This document shows positions 47,653 to 60,752 of a DNA stretch of 64,000 bases, one piece after another. The notes beneath the pieces were generated by a model that saw only the letters and a list, made by a program, of their open reading frames with translations, ran no database searches and had not been told where the DNA came from. Source of the DNA: an uncultured Nitrososphaeria archaeon (GTDB lineage: Archaea > Thermoproteota > Nitrososphaeria_A > Caldarchaeales > JAVZCJ01); the NCBI GenBank assembly GCA_964532175.1, contig CAZHGP010000001.1, positions 21,046 to 85,045 of the forward strand, in the 5' to 3' direction. The position numbers and the translations under genes were made by a program. Position 1 is the stretch's first letter, and every line of letters starts with the position of its first letter.

Positions 47653-49941
47653 ATGGAAAATGAAAAAATTAGAGCTAGAATCAAAGTTTCAGGTATAGTT
47701 CAAGGAGTAGGCTTTAGACCATTCATATACAGATTAGCTACATCTCTAAATCTTAATGGCTTTGTAAAAAATATGGTTACAGGTGTTTTAATAGAAGTTG
47801 AAGGTTCAAAAAAATCAATAGAAACATTCCTAAAACTTATTAAAGAAGAAAAGCCATCTATTTCAAGAATAGAAAACATTCAAGTAACATTTCTTTCACC
47901 AATTGGTTATAAAGCTTTTGAAATAAGTAAAAGCTCTGAAGACTTGGGGGAGGCATCTCTTGTTTCTCCAGATATAGCTACGTGTAATAAATGCATAGAA
48001 GATATTCTAAATTTAAATAATAGAAGATATTGGTATCCATTCACTAATTGTACACAGTGTGGTCCAAGATTTACAATAATAAAAGCTCTTCCATATGATA
48101 GAATTAATACTACAATGAGAAAGTTTAAAATGTGTAAAGAATGTGAAAAAGAATATAATGATATTTTTGATAGACGTTATCATGCTCAACCAAATGCATG
48201 TCCTATATGTGGACCAAAAATATGGTTTGAAGATAAAGACAATAAAAATAAATTTTTTAATGAAGAAGCTATTGAAAAAACAATAGAAGCTATACGTGAA
48301 GGGAAAATAATTGCTATAAAAGGTTTAGGTGGTTTCCATTTAGCATGTGATGCAACAAATGAAAATGTTGTTAAAGAACTTCGTAAGAGAAAAAATAGAA
48401 TGTTTAAACCTTTCGCAATAATGAGTTTCAGTATTGATAAAATAAAAAAATTCTGTTATGTAAATGAATTTGAAGAAAGTATTTTATCTTCAAATGAAAG
48501 GCCAATAGTTTTACTCAAAAAGAAAGAAGATGTAAATATTATAGCTGAAAGTGTTTCTCCTAAAAATAATTATCTTGGAGTAATGCTTCCATATACTCCT
48601 TTACATTATTTAATTCTTAAAGAATTAAATGATATTGAAGCAATTGTAATGACAAGTGGAAATATTAAAGATGAACCTATAGTTATTAAAAATGAAAATG
48701 CTAGATTTAAACTTTCTAAATTGGCTGATGCTTTTTTAATGCATAATCGAGATATTTATAATAGATGTGATGATTCTGTTGTTACTTTATTTAATAATAA
48801 GATTTTATTTATAAGAAGAGCAAGAGGTTATGCCCCTTTACCAATAGAAATCCCTATAATTTCTAAAAAGGAAATTCTTGCATGCGGAGCAGAATTAAAA
48901 AATACTTTTTGTTTATTAATTGGTAAAAAAGCATATTTAAGTCAGCATATAGGTGATTTAGAAAATATTGAAACATTTAATTTCTTTAAAAATGCTATTA
49001 AGCATTTTATTAAATTATTTAGAGCTAATCCTGAAGTAGTTGCTCATGATTATCATCCAATGTATTTATCAACTGAATATGCTCTTAATTTTAATGGAGA
49101 GAGAATCGCTATTCAACACCATCATGCTCATATTGCTAGTGTTTTAGCTGAACATAATATTAATGAGTCTGTAATTGGTTTTTCATGTGATGGTCTTGGA
49201 TTAGGATTGGATAATACTATATGGGGAGGAGAATTGCTTTTATTGAATGAAATTGAGAAATTTAAAAGGATTGGCTTTTTTGAGCAAGTTTGCATGCCTG
49301 GAGGAGATTTAGCATCTAAAGAACCTCGTAGAATGGCTTTAAGCTATATGGTTAATGCTTTAGGAATTGATAATGAAATTGTTATAAATTTTGCAGAAAA
49401 AACTTTTGGTAAAAAAATGGAAATAGTTCTTAAGCAAATAAAGAATAAAATAAATTCTCCTTTAACTTCTTCTCTTGGAAGACTTTTTGATGCTATTTCT
49501 TCAATAATTAGACTTGTTGATATTAATGAATTTGAAGGTCATGCAGCAATAATGTTAGAGCATATAGCAAATGAAAATGTTAAAGATTTTTATAATTATA
49601 ATATAAAAGGTGATAAGAATTTAATTTTTGAAACAAAATATATGATTTTAGAAATATTAGAAGATTTAAAGAAAAACATATATCCATCTATTATTTCATC
49701 AAAATTCCATAATACTATTGCAAAAATAATTGTTGAAGCTATTTCTTTAACTTCTGAGAAATATGGAATAAATAATATTGCATTAAGTGGAGGAGTTTTC
49801 CAAAATATTTATCTTTTAAAAAGAATAAAAGAAAATATTAAAGAGAATAATCTAAGAATTTTTATAAACGAATTAGTTCCGCCAAATGATGGAAATATCT
49901 CTCTCGGTCAAGCTTATATTGCAGCTAAAGTATTTGATTAA
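47653..49941 (+). CDS. hypF: [NiFe]-hydrogenase maturation carbamoyltransferase HypF
   Basis: Acylphosphatase domain (IKVSGIVQGVGFRPFIY). Two zinc-finger motifs (CNKCIEDI … CTQCGPRF; CKECEKEY … CPICGPK). YrdC-like and Kae1-like C-terminal halves. 762 aa. Confidence 0.85.
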   Translation: MENEKIRARIKVSGIVQGVGFRPFIYRLATSLNLNGFVKNMVTGVLIEVEGSKKSIETFLKLIKEEKPSISRIENIQVTFLSPIGYKAFEISKSSEDLGEASLVSPDIATCNKCIEDILNLNNRRYWYPFTNCTQCGPRFTIIKALPYDRINTTMRKFKMCKECEKEYNDIFDRRYHAQPNACPICGPKIWFEDKDNKNKFFNEEAIEKTIEAIREGKIIAIKGLGGFHLACDATNENVVKELRKRKNRMFKPFAIMSFSIDKIKKFCYVNEFEESILSSNERPIVLLKKKEDVNIIAESVSPKNNYLGVMLPYTPLHYLILKELNDIEAIVMTSGNIKDEPIVIKNENARFKLSKLADAFLMHNRDIYNRCDDSVVTLFNNKILFIRRARGYAPLPIEIPIISKKEILACGAELKNTFCLLIGKKAYLSQHIGDLENIETFNFFKNAIKHFIKLFRANPEVVAHDYHPMYLSTEYALNFNGERIAIQHHHAHIASVLAEHNINESVIGFSCDGLGLGLDNTIWGGELLLLNEIEKFKRIGFFEQVCMPGGDLASKEPRRMALSYMVNALGIDNEIVINFAEKTFGKKMEIVLKQIKNKINSPLTSSLGRLFDAISSIIRLVDINEFEGHAAIMLEHIANENVKDFYNYNIKGDKNLIFETKYMILEILEDLKKNIYPSIISSKFHNTIAKIIVEAISLTSEKYGINNIALSGGVFQNIYLLKRIKENIKENNLRIFINELVPPNDGNISLGQAYIAAKVFD

Positions 49942-49947
49942 ATATTT

Positions 49948-51102
49948 TCATATTAATATCTTTCCATTTTCCATAATTGTTATTTTTTCACCATTCTTCT
50001 TTTCAATCTCTAATGTAATTCCCGGAGAAGTAACAAAATCCCAATGGAGTGAAGAAGCTATTTTTCCTCCATATCCTCTATTTTCTCCTATAGCAACATG
50101 TATAGTACCTTCAATTTTCTCATCAGTTAAAATGTATCCTATAGCTTCTTTTATATGAGGATTTAATCCTATTCCTATTTCACAAATGTTATTTGCTCCT
50201 ATTTTTGTATATCTCTTTTCATCAATTATCATGCATTTTTCTACAGTATCTTTTAATTGATCAAAATTTTTCTTTGCATTACTTTCTTCTAAAACAATTT
50301 TTCCATTTTTGAAAACTAATAATGCATCTTTAATAATCTTGCCTGTAAATCTATCTCTTGTTAATGGACAAAATAAAGTTCCTTCTCCATATTCTTCAAT
50401 AGGAGCAATAAATATTTCTCCTGCTGGAAGATTTGCTCCCACTTCTCCAATAGAAATATCTTCATCGCTTATTATTCCATCATCTAAATTTATTCTTCTA
50501 CCATTTATTTTCAAATATAAATCTGTTCCTTTATTATCCATTACATGAATTTTTATAGCTTCTTCAAGTATTTTAGCAATTTTCATGCATTTTTCATTAA
50601 GCTTATTATAATCTATCAATATTCCATTTATTATTATATCTTCTAATTTTCTAAGAGATATTTTAAAATATTTTGCTGCTTCAGGTGTTGGCCAACCTAA
50701 ATATAGCCATCTTTTTTGTTTTTCATTTATAATATCTCTAATAGGTTGATATGCTTCAGTATTTGCTTCAATTTTATTTCTTGGAAGTTTAGCATTTATT
50801 GTTGGATCTTTAAAGGAATCCATACTTATTATTACGTCAGTTTTTTCTATTGCTCCTAAAAAATGTTGTGGAGTTTGTCTAATATATTCTTCAGGGACTA
50901 ATTCATAATATCTTTTAAGATAATTATCGCTTTGAATTGAAATAAAAGGTATTCCTCCATTTTTAGCTATTTCTAAAGATATTTCTTCAATAACATTTTG
51001 AAAATAATTATTTCCACGAATTAAAACATTTTCTCCCTTTTTTAAATTTATACATTTTACAACTATTTCAGCAATTTTTTTAATTTTTATTTTACTAACC
51101 AT
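49948..51102 (-). CDS. M29-family (AmpS/PepS-type) aminopeptidase
   Basis: Segments GTDLYLKI, GANLPAGEIFIAP, EGTIHVAIG and HWDF parallel conserved blocks of thermophilic M29 aminopeptidases. Confidence 0.5.
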   Translation of the reverse strand: MVSKIKIKKIAEIVVKCINLKKGENVLIRGNNYFQNVIEEISLEIAKNGGIPFISIQSDNYLKRYYELVPEEYIRQTPQHFLGAIEKTDVIISMDSFKDPTINAKLPRNKIEANTEAYQPIRDIINEKQKRWLYLGWPTPEAAKYFKISLRKLEDIIINGILIDYNKLNEKCMKIAKILEEAIKIHVMDNKGTDLYLKINGRRINLDDGIISDEDISIGEVGANLPAGEIFIAPIEEYGEGTLFCPLTRDRFTGKIIKDALLVFKNGKIVLEESNAKKNFDQLKDTVEKCMIIDEKRYTKIGANNICEIGIGLNPHIKEAIGYILTDEKIEGTIHVAIGENRGYGGKIASSLHWDFVTSPGITLEIEKKNGEKITIMENGKILI

Positions 51103-51210
51103 TCTTCATCACTCTTGCTTCTATTTTTTTATTTTCATAAAATAAATTTAAGCTTAAATATTTAAAAGAAACTATATTTTTCTTTTCATAAAATTATTAG
51201 GCTGATTTAA

Positions 51211-51669
51211 ATGAATTCTGAAAGACCTTCGCTTGATGAATATTTTATGGAAATGGCTAAATTAATTTCTAAAAGGTCTACATGCCTTAGAAGAAAAGTT
51301 GGAGCATTATTAGTTAAAGATAAAAGAGTTTTAGCTACTGGTTATAATGGAGCTCCAAAAGGTTTGCCGCATTGCAGTGAAGTAGGATGTATGAGAGAAA
51401 AATTAAATATTCCTGCTGGAGAAAGACAAGAATTATGTCGTGGATTACATGCTGAGCAAAATTGTATAATTCAAGCAGCAGTATTTGGAGTTAGTACTAA
51501 AGGAGCAACTCTTTATACTACGCATTTCCCTTGCAGTATTTGTGCTAAAATGATAATAAATGCTGAAATTTCTGAAATAGTTTATGAAGAAGATTATGAA
51601 GATGAATTAGCAAAAAAACTTTTAAAAGAAGCAAATATAAAACTTAGAAAATATAAAGCAAAAGAATAA
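51211..51669 (+). CDS. dCMP deaminase (cytidine/deoxycytidylate deaminase family)
   Basis: HAEQNCI and PCSICAKMI zinc-binding motifs. 152 aa. Confidence 0.8.
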   Translation: MNSERPSLDEYFMEMAKLISKRSTCLRRKVGALLVKDKRVLATGYNGAPKGLPHCSEVGCMREKLNIPAGERQELCRGLHAEQNCIIQAAVFGVSTKGATLYTTHFPCSICAKMIINAEISEIVYEEDYEDELAKKLLKEANIKLRKYKAKE

Positions 51670-51715
51670 TTTTTAAATTTGTTTTTATCCATATATACAT
51701 GAATAAGGTGTTGAT

Positions 51716-54193
51716 ATGGAAGAATTTAAACCAAAGCTTGATAAAAGATGGGATATTTCAAAAGAATTAGAATTAATAGAATTATGGGAAAAAGAAGAGA
51801 TTTATAAATTTGATGAAAGAAAAAATGCTCCAGTATTTTCTATAGATACTCCTCCTCCTTATGCTTCTGGCCCTTGGCATATTGGTGGTGTAGTTCATTA
51901 TTCTCAAATAGATATGATTGCTAGATATAAAAGAATGAAAGGATATAATGTATTATTCCCTATGGGAATTGATAGAAATGGTTTACCAATTGAAGTTGAA
52001 GCAGAGAAAAAATTTGGTATAAGTATGGAAAATACTCCAAGAGAAGAATTTATTAAAAAATGTTCAATTTTACTTGATGAAAATACAAAATCTCTTATTG
52101 AAACTGCAAGAAGAGTTGGAATGAGTTGTAATAGTTTTTCAAGTCAAGATAATTTATATTATACAGATAGTCCAGAATATAGAGCAATTACTCAAAAAAC
52201 TCTTATAGAATGTTGGAAAAAGGGTTTAATTTATCTTGGAAAAAGAGTTTCAAATTGGTGTCCAGATTGTAAAACAACTATTGCAGATGCAGAAGTGGAA
52301 TATGAAGAAAGAGAAACAAATTTAGTTTATATAAAATTTAAAATAAAACAAACAAATTCAGATTTAATAATTGCTACTACTAGACCTGAATTGCTTGCTT
52401 CTTGTAAAGCAATAATTGTTCATCCAGAAGATGAAAGATATAAGAATCTACATGGATTAATAGCAATTGTTCCTATATTTAATGAAGAAGTTCCAATTAT
52501 TCCTCATCCAGCTGCTAATATCGAATTTGGAACAGGAGCAATGATGGTTTGTTCATTTGGTGATTTATCAGATATAAGATTATTTAGAGAGCTTAAGCTT
52601 AAACCAAAAATAATAATCAATCCAGATGGTAGATTGAATGAGAATGCAGGAAAATTTTCTGGATTAAAAATAGAAGAAGCAAGGAATGCTATTATTAAAG
52701 AACTTAAAGATAAAGGATTGATTTTAAAAGAAGAGAAGAGAATACATTCAATTCCTGTTTGTTGGAGATCCCATACTCCGATAGAATTTATTGAAATGGA
52801 AGAATATTATTTAAAACAATTGGATTTCTTAAATGATTTAAGAAAAATAATTGATGAAATAAAATTTTATCCACCTGAAAATAAACAAATTTTAATAAAT
52901 TGGATAAATTCTATTCAAAGTGATTGGCCAATTAGTAGAAGAAGATTCTATGGTACTGAATTGCCAATATGGTATTGTAAAAATTGTGGAAAAGCAATTT
53001 TGCCAGAATCTGGTAAATATTATCAACCATGGAAAGAAAATCCGCCTTTTGATAAATGTCCTTATTGTAATTCTAATAAAGGATTTATTGGAGAAAATAG
53101 AACTGTTGATACATGGATAGATAGTTCAATTTCTTCACTTTATATTTTAAAATATGGTAAAGATGATGAATTTTTCAAAAAGAATCATCCATGTAGTATA
53201 AGGCCTCAAGGTAAAGAAATTGTAAGAACTTGGCTTTGGTATAGTTTATTAAGAGTTTATCAATTATTAAATAAGCCTGCTTTTAAAGAAATTTGGATTT
53301 CAGGCTTAATGATGGATGAAAAAGGAGAAAAAATGTCAAAAAGTAAAGGGAACATTGTTGATCCTATTCCATTATTTAAAAAATATGGGGCTTCTGCTAT
53401 AAGATTATGGGGTGCAGGTGAAGCATCATTAGGAAGTGATTTAAGATTTTCAGAAGAAAGGATTAAAGCTGCTTCAAAATTTATACAAAAAATATGGAAT
53501 ATAGCTAGATTTATTTCTCAATTTCCAATTCCAGAAAAAGAATATAAATTAAATAATACAGATAAATGGATTTTAGCTGAATTGTCTAATTTTATAAAAA
53601 TAGCTAGTGATGCTTATGAGAAATATGATTTTCAACCAATTGTTTATAAAGCAAGATCATTTGTATGGCATATTTTTGCAGACCATTATTTAGAAATTGT
53701 TAAAAAGAGAGCTTATAATAGAAATAAAGAATTTCCATTAGAATTTCAAAAAGGGTCTTGGTATACAATGCATATAGTTCTTAAAAATATATTGCTTACA
53801 TTAGCTCCTATAGAGCCTTTCTCAACAGATGCTATTTGGCGTGTATTGTATAGCAAAGGTGAGAGTATCCATATTAATAATTTTCCAAAAATAGATCCTT
53901 CATGGGAAAGCGATTTATTAAAATTAACTCAATTAATAATCAATTTTAATTCTACTGTATGGAAATTCAAGAAGGGAATAAATGTACCACTTCCAACACC
54001 TATTGAAGAAATTTATATTTCTGAAAATTTAGAAAAAATTTTACCTAAAGATTTATTCGAAGAAATCATTAAAACACATAATATTAAAAAAATCTTCTTT
54101 GGCACTCCTAAAGAAATTGAAAAATATATTAATTATTCATTTAAAGCTTCTATTGATGGAAAAGAAATGATTTTTGAATTATTTTTTATTTAA
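51716..54193 (+). CDS. valS: Class Ia aminoacyl-tRNA synthetase, most likely valyl-tRNA synthetase
   Basis: IDTPPPYASGPWHIGG (HIGH-type motif, here HIGG). GIDRNGLPIE. TTRPELLASCKAIIVHPEDERY. GTGAMMV editing-domain block. KMSKSKGN. The residue pattern is closer to archaeal ValRS than LeuRS, but at 825 aa it is short. Confidence 0.55.
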   Translation: MEEFKPKLDKRWDISKELELIELWEKEEIYKFDERKNAPVFSIDTPPPYASGPWHIGGVVHYSQIDMIARYKRMKGYNVLFPMGIDRNGLPIEVEAEKKFGISMENTPREEFIKKCSILLDENTKSLIETARRVGMSCNSFSSQDNLYYTDSPEYRAITQKTLIECWKKGLIYLGKRVSNWCPDCKTTIADAEVEYEERETNLVYIKFKIKQTNSDLIIATTRPELLASCKAIIVHPEDERYKNLHGLIAIVPIFNEEVPIIPHPAANIEFGTGAMMVCSFGDLSDIRLFRELKLKPKIIINPDGRLNENAGKFSGLKIEEARNAIIKELKDKGLILKEEKRIHSIPVCWRSHTPIEFIEMEEYYLKQLDFLNDLRKIIDEIKFYPPENKQILINWINSIQSDWPISRRRFYGTELPIWYCKNCGKAILPESGKYYQPWKENPPFDKCPYCNSNKGFIGENRTVDTWIDSSISSLYILKYGKDDEFFKKNHPCSIRPQGKEIVRTWLWYSLLRVYQLLNKPAFKEIWISGLMMDEKGEKMSKSKGNIVDPIPLFKKYGASAIRLWGAGEASLGSDLRFSEERIKAASKFIQKIWNIARFISQFPIPEKEYKLNNTDKWILAELSNFIKIASDAYEKYDFQPIVYKARSFVWHIFADHYLEIVKKRAYNRNKEFPLEFQKGSWYTMHIVLKNILLTLAPIEPFSTDAIWRVLYSKGESIHINNFPKIDPSWESDLLKLTQLIINFNSTVWKFKKGINVPLPTPIEEIYISENLEKILPKDLFEEIIKTHNIKKIFFGTPKEIEKYINYSFKASIDGKEMIFELFFI

Positions 54194-55103
54194 ATAAAAA
54201 TTTTTGAATTATGTATTTATCTTTCCTTCCAGTATATCTTGCTTTTGGATATTCTTCATAAAGTTTTTTTCTATTTGCTTCAAGTATTTCTAAAGGTAAT
54301 TTCATATATTGAGCTGCTGTTTGTACTTTAACATTTAATTCTTCTGCAATATTGAAAATTTTTTCAGCTATTCTTCTCCATTCCAAATCTCTCAAAAAAT
54401 GATGATCTAAAATAAGGATTTCTAATGGACATTTATAAATAACATTAATTATATTATTAAGAGATTTTTCCAATGTTTCTTCTTTTAAAAAATTAGGTAT
54501 ATAAGATAATGGACCATCGAGTATAATCATACTTGGTTGATTTTCAATAATGAATAAGGATTGTTCTTCTTGTAATAATCCTTCTACATCGCTCGTATGA
54601 ATAAATCTAAAATCTTCTTCAATAAATACTTCAATTACATATCCTAATCTTGCATCTATTCCATGGAAGACAGGCTTAGAAAATTTTATAATTGTATTTC
54701 CAATATCGTATTCTTTTCCATCAATATAATCTATTACTTTAGCTTTTTCTTTTATTTTTTCAATAAATTTTTCTGCTCTCCTTTTTTGACTAAAATTAAT
54801 ATTCTCTTTAGGATGTTTAATTAAAACTTCTTTGTTATCATAAATATTTAAATCATCCCATAAATTATGATGATCATAATGATAATGTGTAATAATTATT
54901 ATATCTGATTTTTTTGCAAATTTAACAATTCTCTCCCAACTATATTCAAGCCTTTTAATTTCAAATGGATGAGGTTTAAGGCCATATCTATAAGGTGCAA
55001 GTGATACACCAGGATCAATCATTATATTCGCATCTTTTGTTTCAATAAAAGTAGACATACTTCTAACTCCAATACTTTCAAATGATATTGGTACTATTCG
55101 CAT
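54186..55103 (-). CDS. Metallo-beta-lactamase-fold hydrolase
   Basis: IIITHYHYDHHNLWDD (HxHxDH motif). Confidence 0.55.
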   Translation of the reverse strand: MRIVPISFESIGVRSMSTFIETKDANIMIDPGVSLAPYRYGLKPHPFEIKRLEYSWERIVKFAKKSDIIIITHYHYDHHNLWDDLNIYDNKEVLIKHPKENINFSQKRRAEKFIEKIKEKAKVIDYIDGKEYDIGNTIIKFSKPVFHGIDARLGYVIEVFIEEDFRFIHTSDVEGLLQEEQSLFIIENQPSMIILDGPLSYIPNFLKEETLEKSLNNIINVIYKCPLEILILDHHFLRDLEWRRIAEKIFNIAEELNVKVQTAAQYMKLPLEILEANRKKLYEEYPKARYTGRKDKYIIQKFLFK

Positions 55104-55136
55104 CTTTTTTACCTATTTTTTAGAAACTTCTTTTAT

Positions 55137-55832
55137 TTATGTTGCAACTTTTTTTCCGCATCTAGGACAAAATATAGCTTCAAATGGTATTTTAGAATTG
55201 CAATAAGGGCAGCTTTTAAATTCTGGAAAGCTTCTTAAAATTTCTTTAGTTACTTCCTTCTTTTCTTCTTCTCTAGGTAAGAAAGATTCTATTTTTTCTT
55301 CTGGTGTAGGCATTTTAATTTCTTCTTTTATTTCTTCCTCAACTTCTTCTTTAGCTTTTTCTGGAATTTCTCTAACTTGAATTTTTTCAACCATTACTTC
55401 TTCTTCTATTTTCTTTGCAATTTTTTCTTCTTTTGATTTCTTTAATGATAATGGATAACTAAAAACTATAGTTGATAATAATGCTAAAGATAAAACAATC
55501 AATCTACCAAAAATATACCCTTGAAGAGTTATTGCTTCAGAAATTATTCCTATTGTTTCCAAAAAAATTTTATTTATTGCAAGATATGAAATAATTACTA
55601 AAGATAATCCTCCACCAATTATCATTGAAATTAATGAATTTTTAATAGATTTGCTTAAAAATGCAATTATTAATCCTGATATAATGCTTCCTACAAGAAT
55701 AGAAATTCTACTATAATTAAAATTAAAATTTCCATAAATATAATATTCCAAGAAAGAGAAAAAGAAAAGTAATATAAAAGCAATTAAAGAAAATAATATA
55801 ATCTTTTTTATCAAATTCAATTCCTTCACCAT
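55137..55832 (-). CDS. Membrane protein with an acidic EEVEEEIKEEIK linker and C-terminal zinc ribbon
   Basis: Four hydrophobic helices. The C-terminus is CPYCNSKIPFEAIFCPRCGKK. Confidence 0.4.
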   Translation of the reverse strand: MVKELNLIKKIILFSLIAFILLFFFSFLEYYIYGNFNFNYSRISILVGSIISGLIIAFLSKSIKNSLISMIIGGGLSLVIISYLAINKIFLETIGIISEAITLQGYIFGRLIVLSLALLSTIVFSYPLSLKKSKEEKIAKKIEEEVMVEKIQVREIPEKAKEEVEEEIKEEIKMPTPEEKIESFLPREEEKKEVTKEILRSFPEFKSCPYCNSKIPFEAIFCPRCGKKVAT

Positions 55833-55890
55833 TTCTCCTAAATATCTTTAAATATTATTTTTATATTTAATATTTAAGTTTATATTTATT

Positions 55891-56403
55891 TTATAATCCT
55901 TCTTTAATATATTTTCCAGAATATGCTCTACTTGAGCTGCTTGTTAATTTAAAAAATACAATTTGAGCAATTCTAGAATTTTTACGTAAAATAATTCCTT
56001 TTTCATTAAAAACATTAAGTAAGCCTCTTCCTCTTCCGTTATATCCAGGGTCCCAAATAGCTGTATAAATAGTTGCGCCCATTCTAATTAATGTTGATCT
56101 AGGAAATACTAAAGCCATTAAATTTTTTGGAAGATTTATAATTTCATTATAAATAATAAGGTACGCTCCTTTACTTAAATTATATAATTCATTTATCGTT
56201 TTTATTTCTTCATAATTTGGTAAAATATCTTCTTTAATATTTGAATCATGAATTTCTCCATGAGAAGCTAGTGAATAAACAGAATTAAGTGTTAAATCAA
56301 AGCCAGCTGGTTGAATTTGTTTTTCTAAATTAATATAATCTTTAATTAGTGGATTTTCAGATATTATTCTCTTTAATATTTCTTTATCAGATAAACAAGC
56401 CAT
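55891..56403 (-). CDS. dcd: dCTP deaminase / dUTPase-fold protein
   Basis: The N-terminus MACLSDKEILKRI … IQPAGFDLTLNSVY matches dCTP deaminase. Confidence 0.65.
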   Translation of the reverse strand: MACLSDKEILKRIISENPLIKDYINLEKQIQPAGFDLTLNSVYSLASHGEIHDSNIKEDILPNYEEIKTINELYNLSKGAYLIIYNEIINLPKNLMALVFPRSTLIRMGATIYTAIWDPGYNGRGRGLLNVFNEKGIILRKNSRIAQIVFFKLTSSSSRAYSGKYIKEGL

Positions 56404-56513
56404 ATTTTATCCTTTTTTATAATTTTATATAAATTTATTTTTAATAATTTGATAAATGATAAAATAAAAAAAATTATAAAATTTAAACTTCCGGCTTTAG
56501 CTATAGATTAGCT

Positions 56514-59112
<2,599 letters not shown>

Positions 59113-59119
59113 CTTTTTT

Positions 59120-59172
59120 TTATTACTTTATGGTAATAACTAATATATAAATATTACCTTGAGGTAATATTT
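59120..59172. promoter_or_regulatory. Two related palindromes in the promoter region of the wHTH-cdc48 operon
   Basis: ttattac-tttatg-gtaataa (59120-59139), and a perfect 10 bp-arm palindrome aaatattacc-ttga-ggtaatattt (59149-59172). Both share the half-site TATTAC(C). Confidence 0.4.
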
Positions 59173-59380
59173 TAAATAAATAAGAATGCTTAGAATTTCT
59201 AAGAATATTTTTATTTTTTTTAACTTATTCTTCTTAATAACATAAGATATATAATTTTAAGCTTTTTATTCAAAAATAATTTTAATTTTATATCTTTATT
59301 TTTATTTTTGATTTAAATTTCATTATTTTTAAAAAAATTTAATAATGAAGTAAATTATTCATTTAGCAAAATATTAAAAG

Positions 59381-60718
59381 TTGATCTATATGACTTCAAA
59401 AAATAAAAGAAAAATAGTAATAATTGGAGCTGGAGGAAGAGATTTTCATTTATTCAATATGCTTTATAAAAATTCAAATGATATAGAAGTTTTAGCTTTT
59501 TTATTTACTCAAATTCCTAGACAAACTGGTAAAAATTATCCATATGAATTAGCTGGTAAAAATTATCCAAATGGAATACCTATAATAGATTTAAAAGATT
59601 TGCCAAAAATAATTAAAGAGAAAAAAATAGATGAAGCTATATTAGCTTTTAGTGATCTTACATATAACGATTTAATGAAAATTGGAAGTTGGGTTTTAAG
59701 TTTAGGAATAGATTTTAAAATAGTTTCTCATATAAAAACAATGCTTTCTTCAAATAAACCAGTAATATCTATTTGTGGTGTTAGAACGGGTGTTGGAAAA
59801 AGTACTGTAACACGTTATATAGTAAAAATACTTAAAGAAATGAATTTAAAACCTATAGTTATAAGACATCCAATGGCTTATGGAAATCTTTTAAAGAAGA
59901 AAATTATTAAATTTGAAAATATTGAAGATGTTTTAAAAAATGAATATTTATCAATTGAAGAAAGAGGAGAATTTTATTCACTTGTTAAAAAAGGAGCAAT
60001 TGTTTATGCTGGTATAGATTATGAGGAAGTTTTAAGAAAAGCTGAAGAAGATGGAGATATAATTGTTTGGGATGGAGGAAATAATGATGTTTCTTTTATT
60101 AAATCTGATCTTTATATAACAGTAGCTGATGCAACAAGACCAGGACAAGAAATTGAAAGTTTTCCAGGAGAAATAAATGTTAGATTGTCTAATGTTATTG
60201 TAATAAATAAAATTGAAAATGCGGATAAAGTTTCATTAGAAAGTATTATTAAAAATATAAGATCTGTTAATGATAAAGCAGAAATAACATTAGCAAAAAT
60301 GAAAGTTATAGTTGATAATCCCTTAATGATTAAAGGAAAATCTGTTCTTGTTATTGAAGATGGACCTACAGTTACTCATGGGGGTAAAAAATTTGGAGCA
60401 GCTTATTTAGCAGCTAAAGAATATAAAGCTAAAGAAATAGTTGATCCTAGACCATATGCTATAGGGCTTATTAAAGAAATATATAAAGAATATCCACATT
60501 TAGAAAATGTTCTTCCAGCTGTAGGATATGATGAACAACAAATAAATGACTTTTTATCTACAATAGAGAAAATTCCTTGCGATTTAATATTATATGATAT
60601 TATCACTGGAGTAGGAGATATTATTTCTAAATATAAACCAGCAATAGAAGTTGAATATGAATTAATTGATATTGATAATAAATTGAAAGATATAATTATT
60701 TCCAAATTTTCTAAATAA
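59381..60718 (+). CDS. P-loop protein with an N-terminal Rossmann-like domain (DUF1611 / cyclic 2,3-diphosphoglycerate synthetase-like, tentative)
   Basis: KIVIIGAGGRDFH N-terminus and P-loop SICGVRTGVGKSTVT. 445 aa. Confidence 0.3.
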   Translation: MIYMTSKNKRKIVIIGAGGRDFHLFNMLYKNSNDIEVLAFLFTQIPRQTGKNYPYELAGKNYPNGIPIIDLKDLPKIIKEKKIDEAILAFSDLTYNDLMKIGSWVLSLGIDFKIVSHIKTMLSSNKPVISICGVRTGVGKSTVTRYIVKILKEMNLKPIVIRHPMAYGNLLKKKIIKFENIEDVLKNEYLSIEERGEFYSLVKKGAIVYAGIDYEEVLRKAEEDGDIIVWDGGNNDVSFIKSDLYITVADATRPGQEIESFPGEINVRLSNVIVINKIENADKVSLESIIKNIRSVNDKAEITLAKMKVIVDNPLMIKGKSVLVIEDGPTVTHGGKKFGAAYLAAKEYKAKEIVDPRPYAIGLIKEIYKEYPHLENVLPAVGYDEQQINDFLSTIEKIPCDLILYDIITGVGDIISKYKPAIEVEYELIDIDNKLKDIIISKFSK

Positions 60719-60752
60719 TTTTATTCATTTTTGAAAAATCAATTTATTTTCC

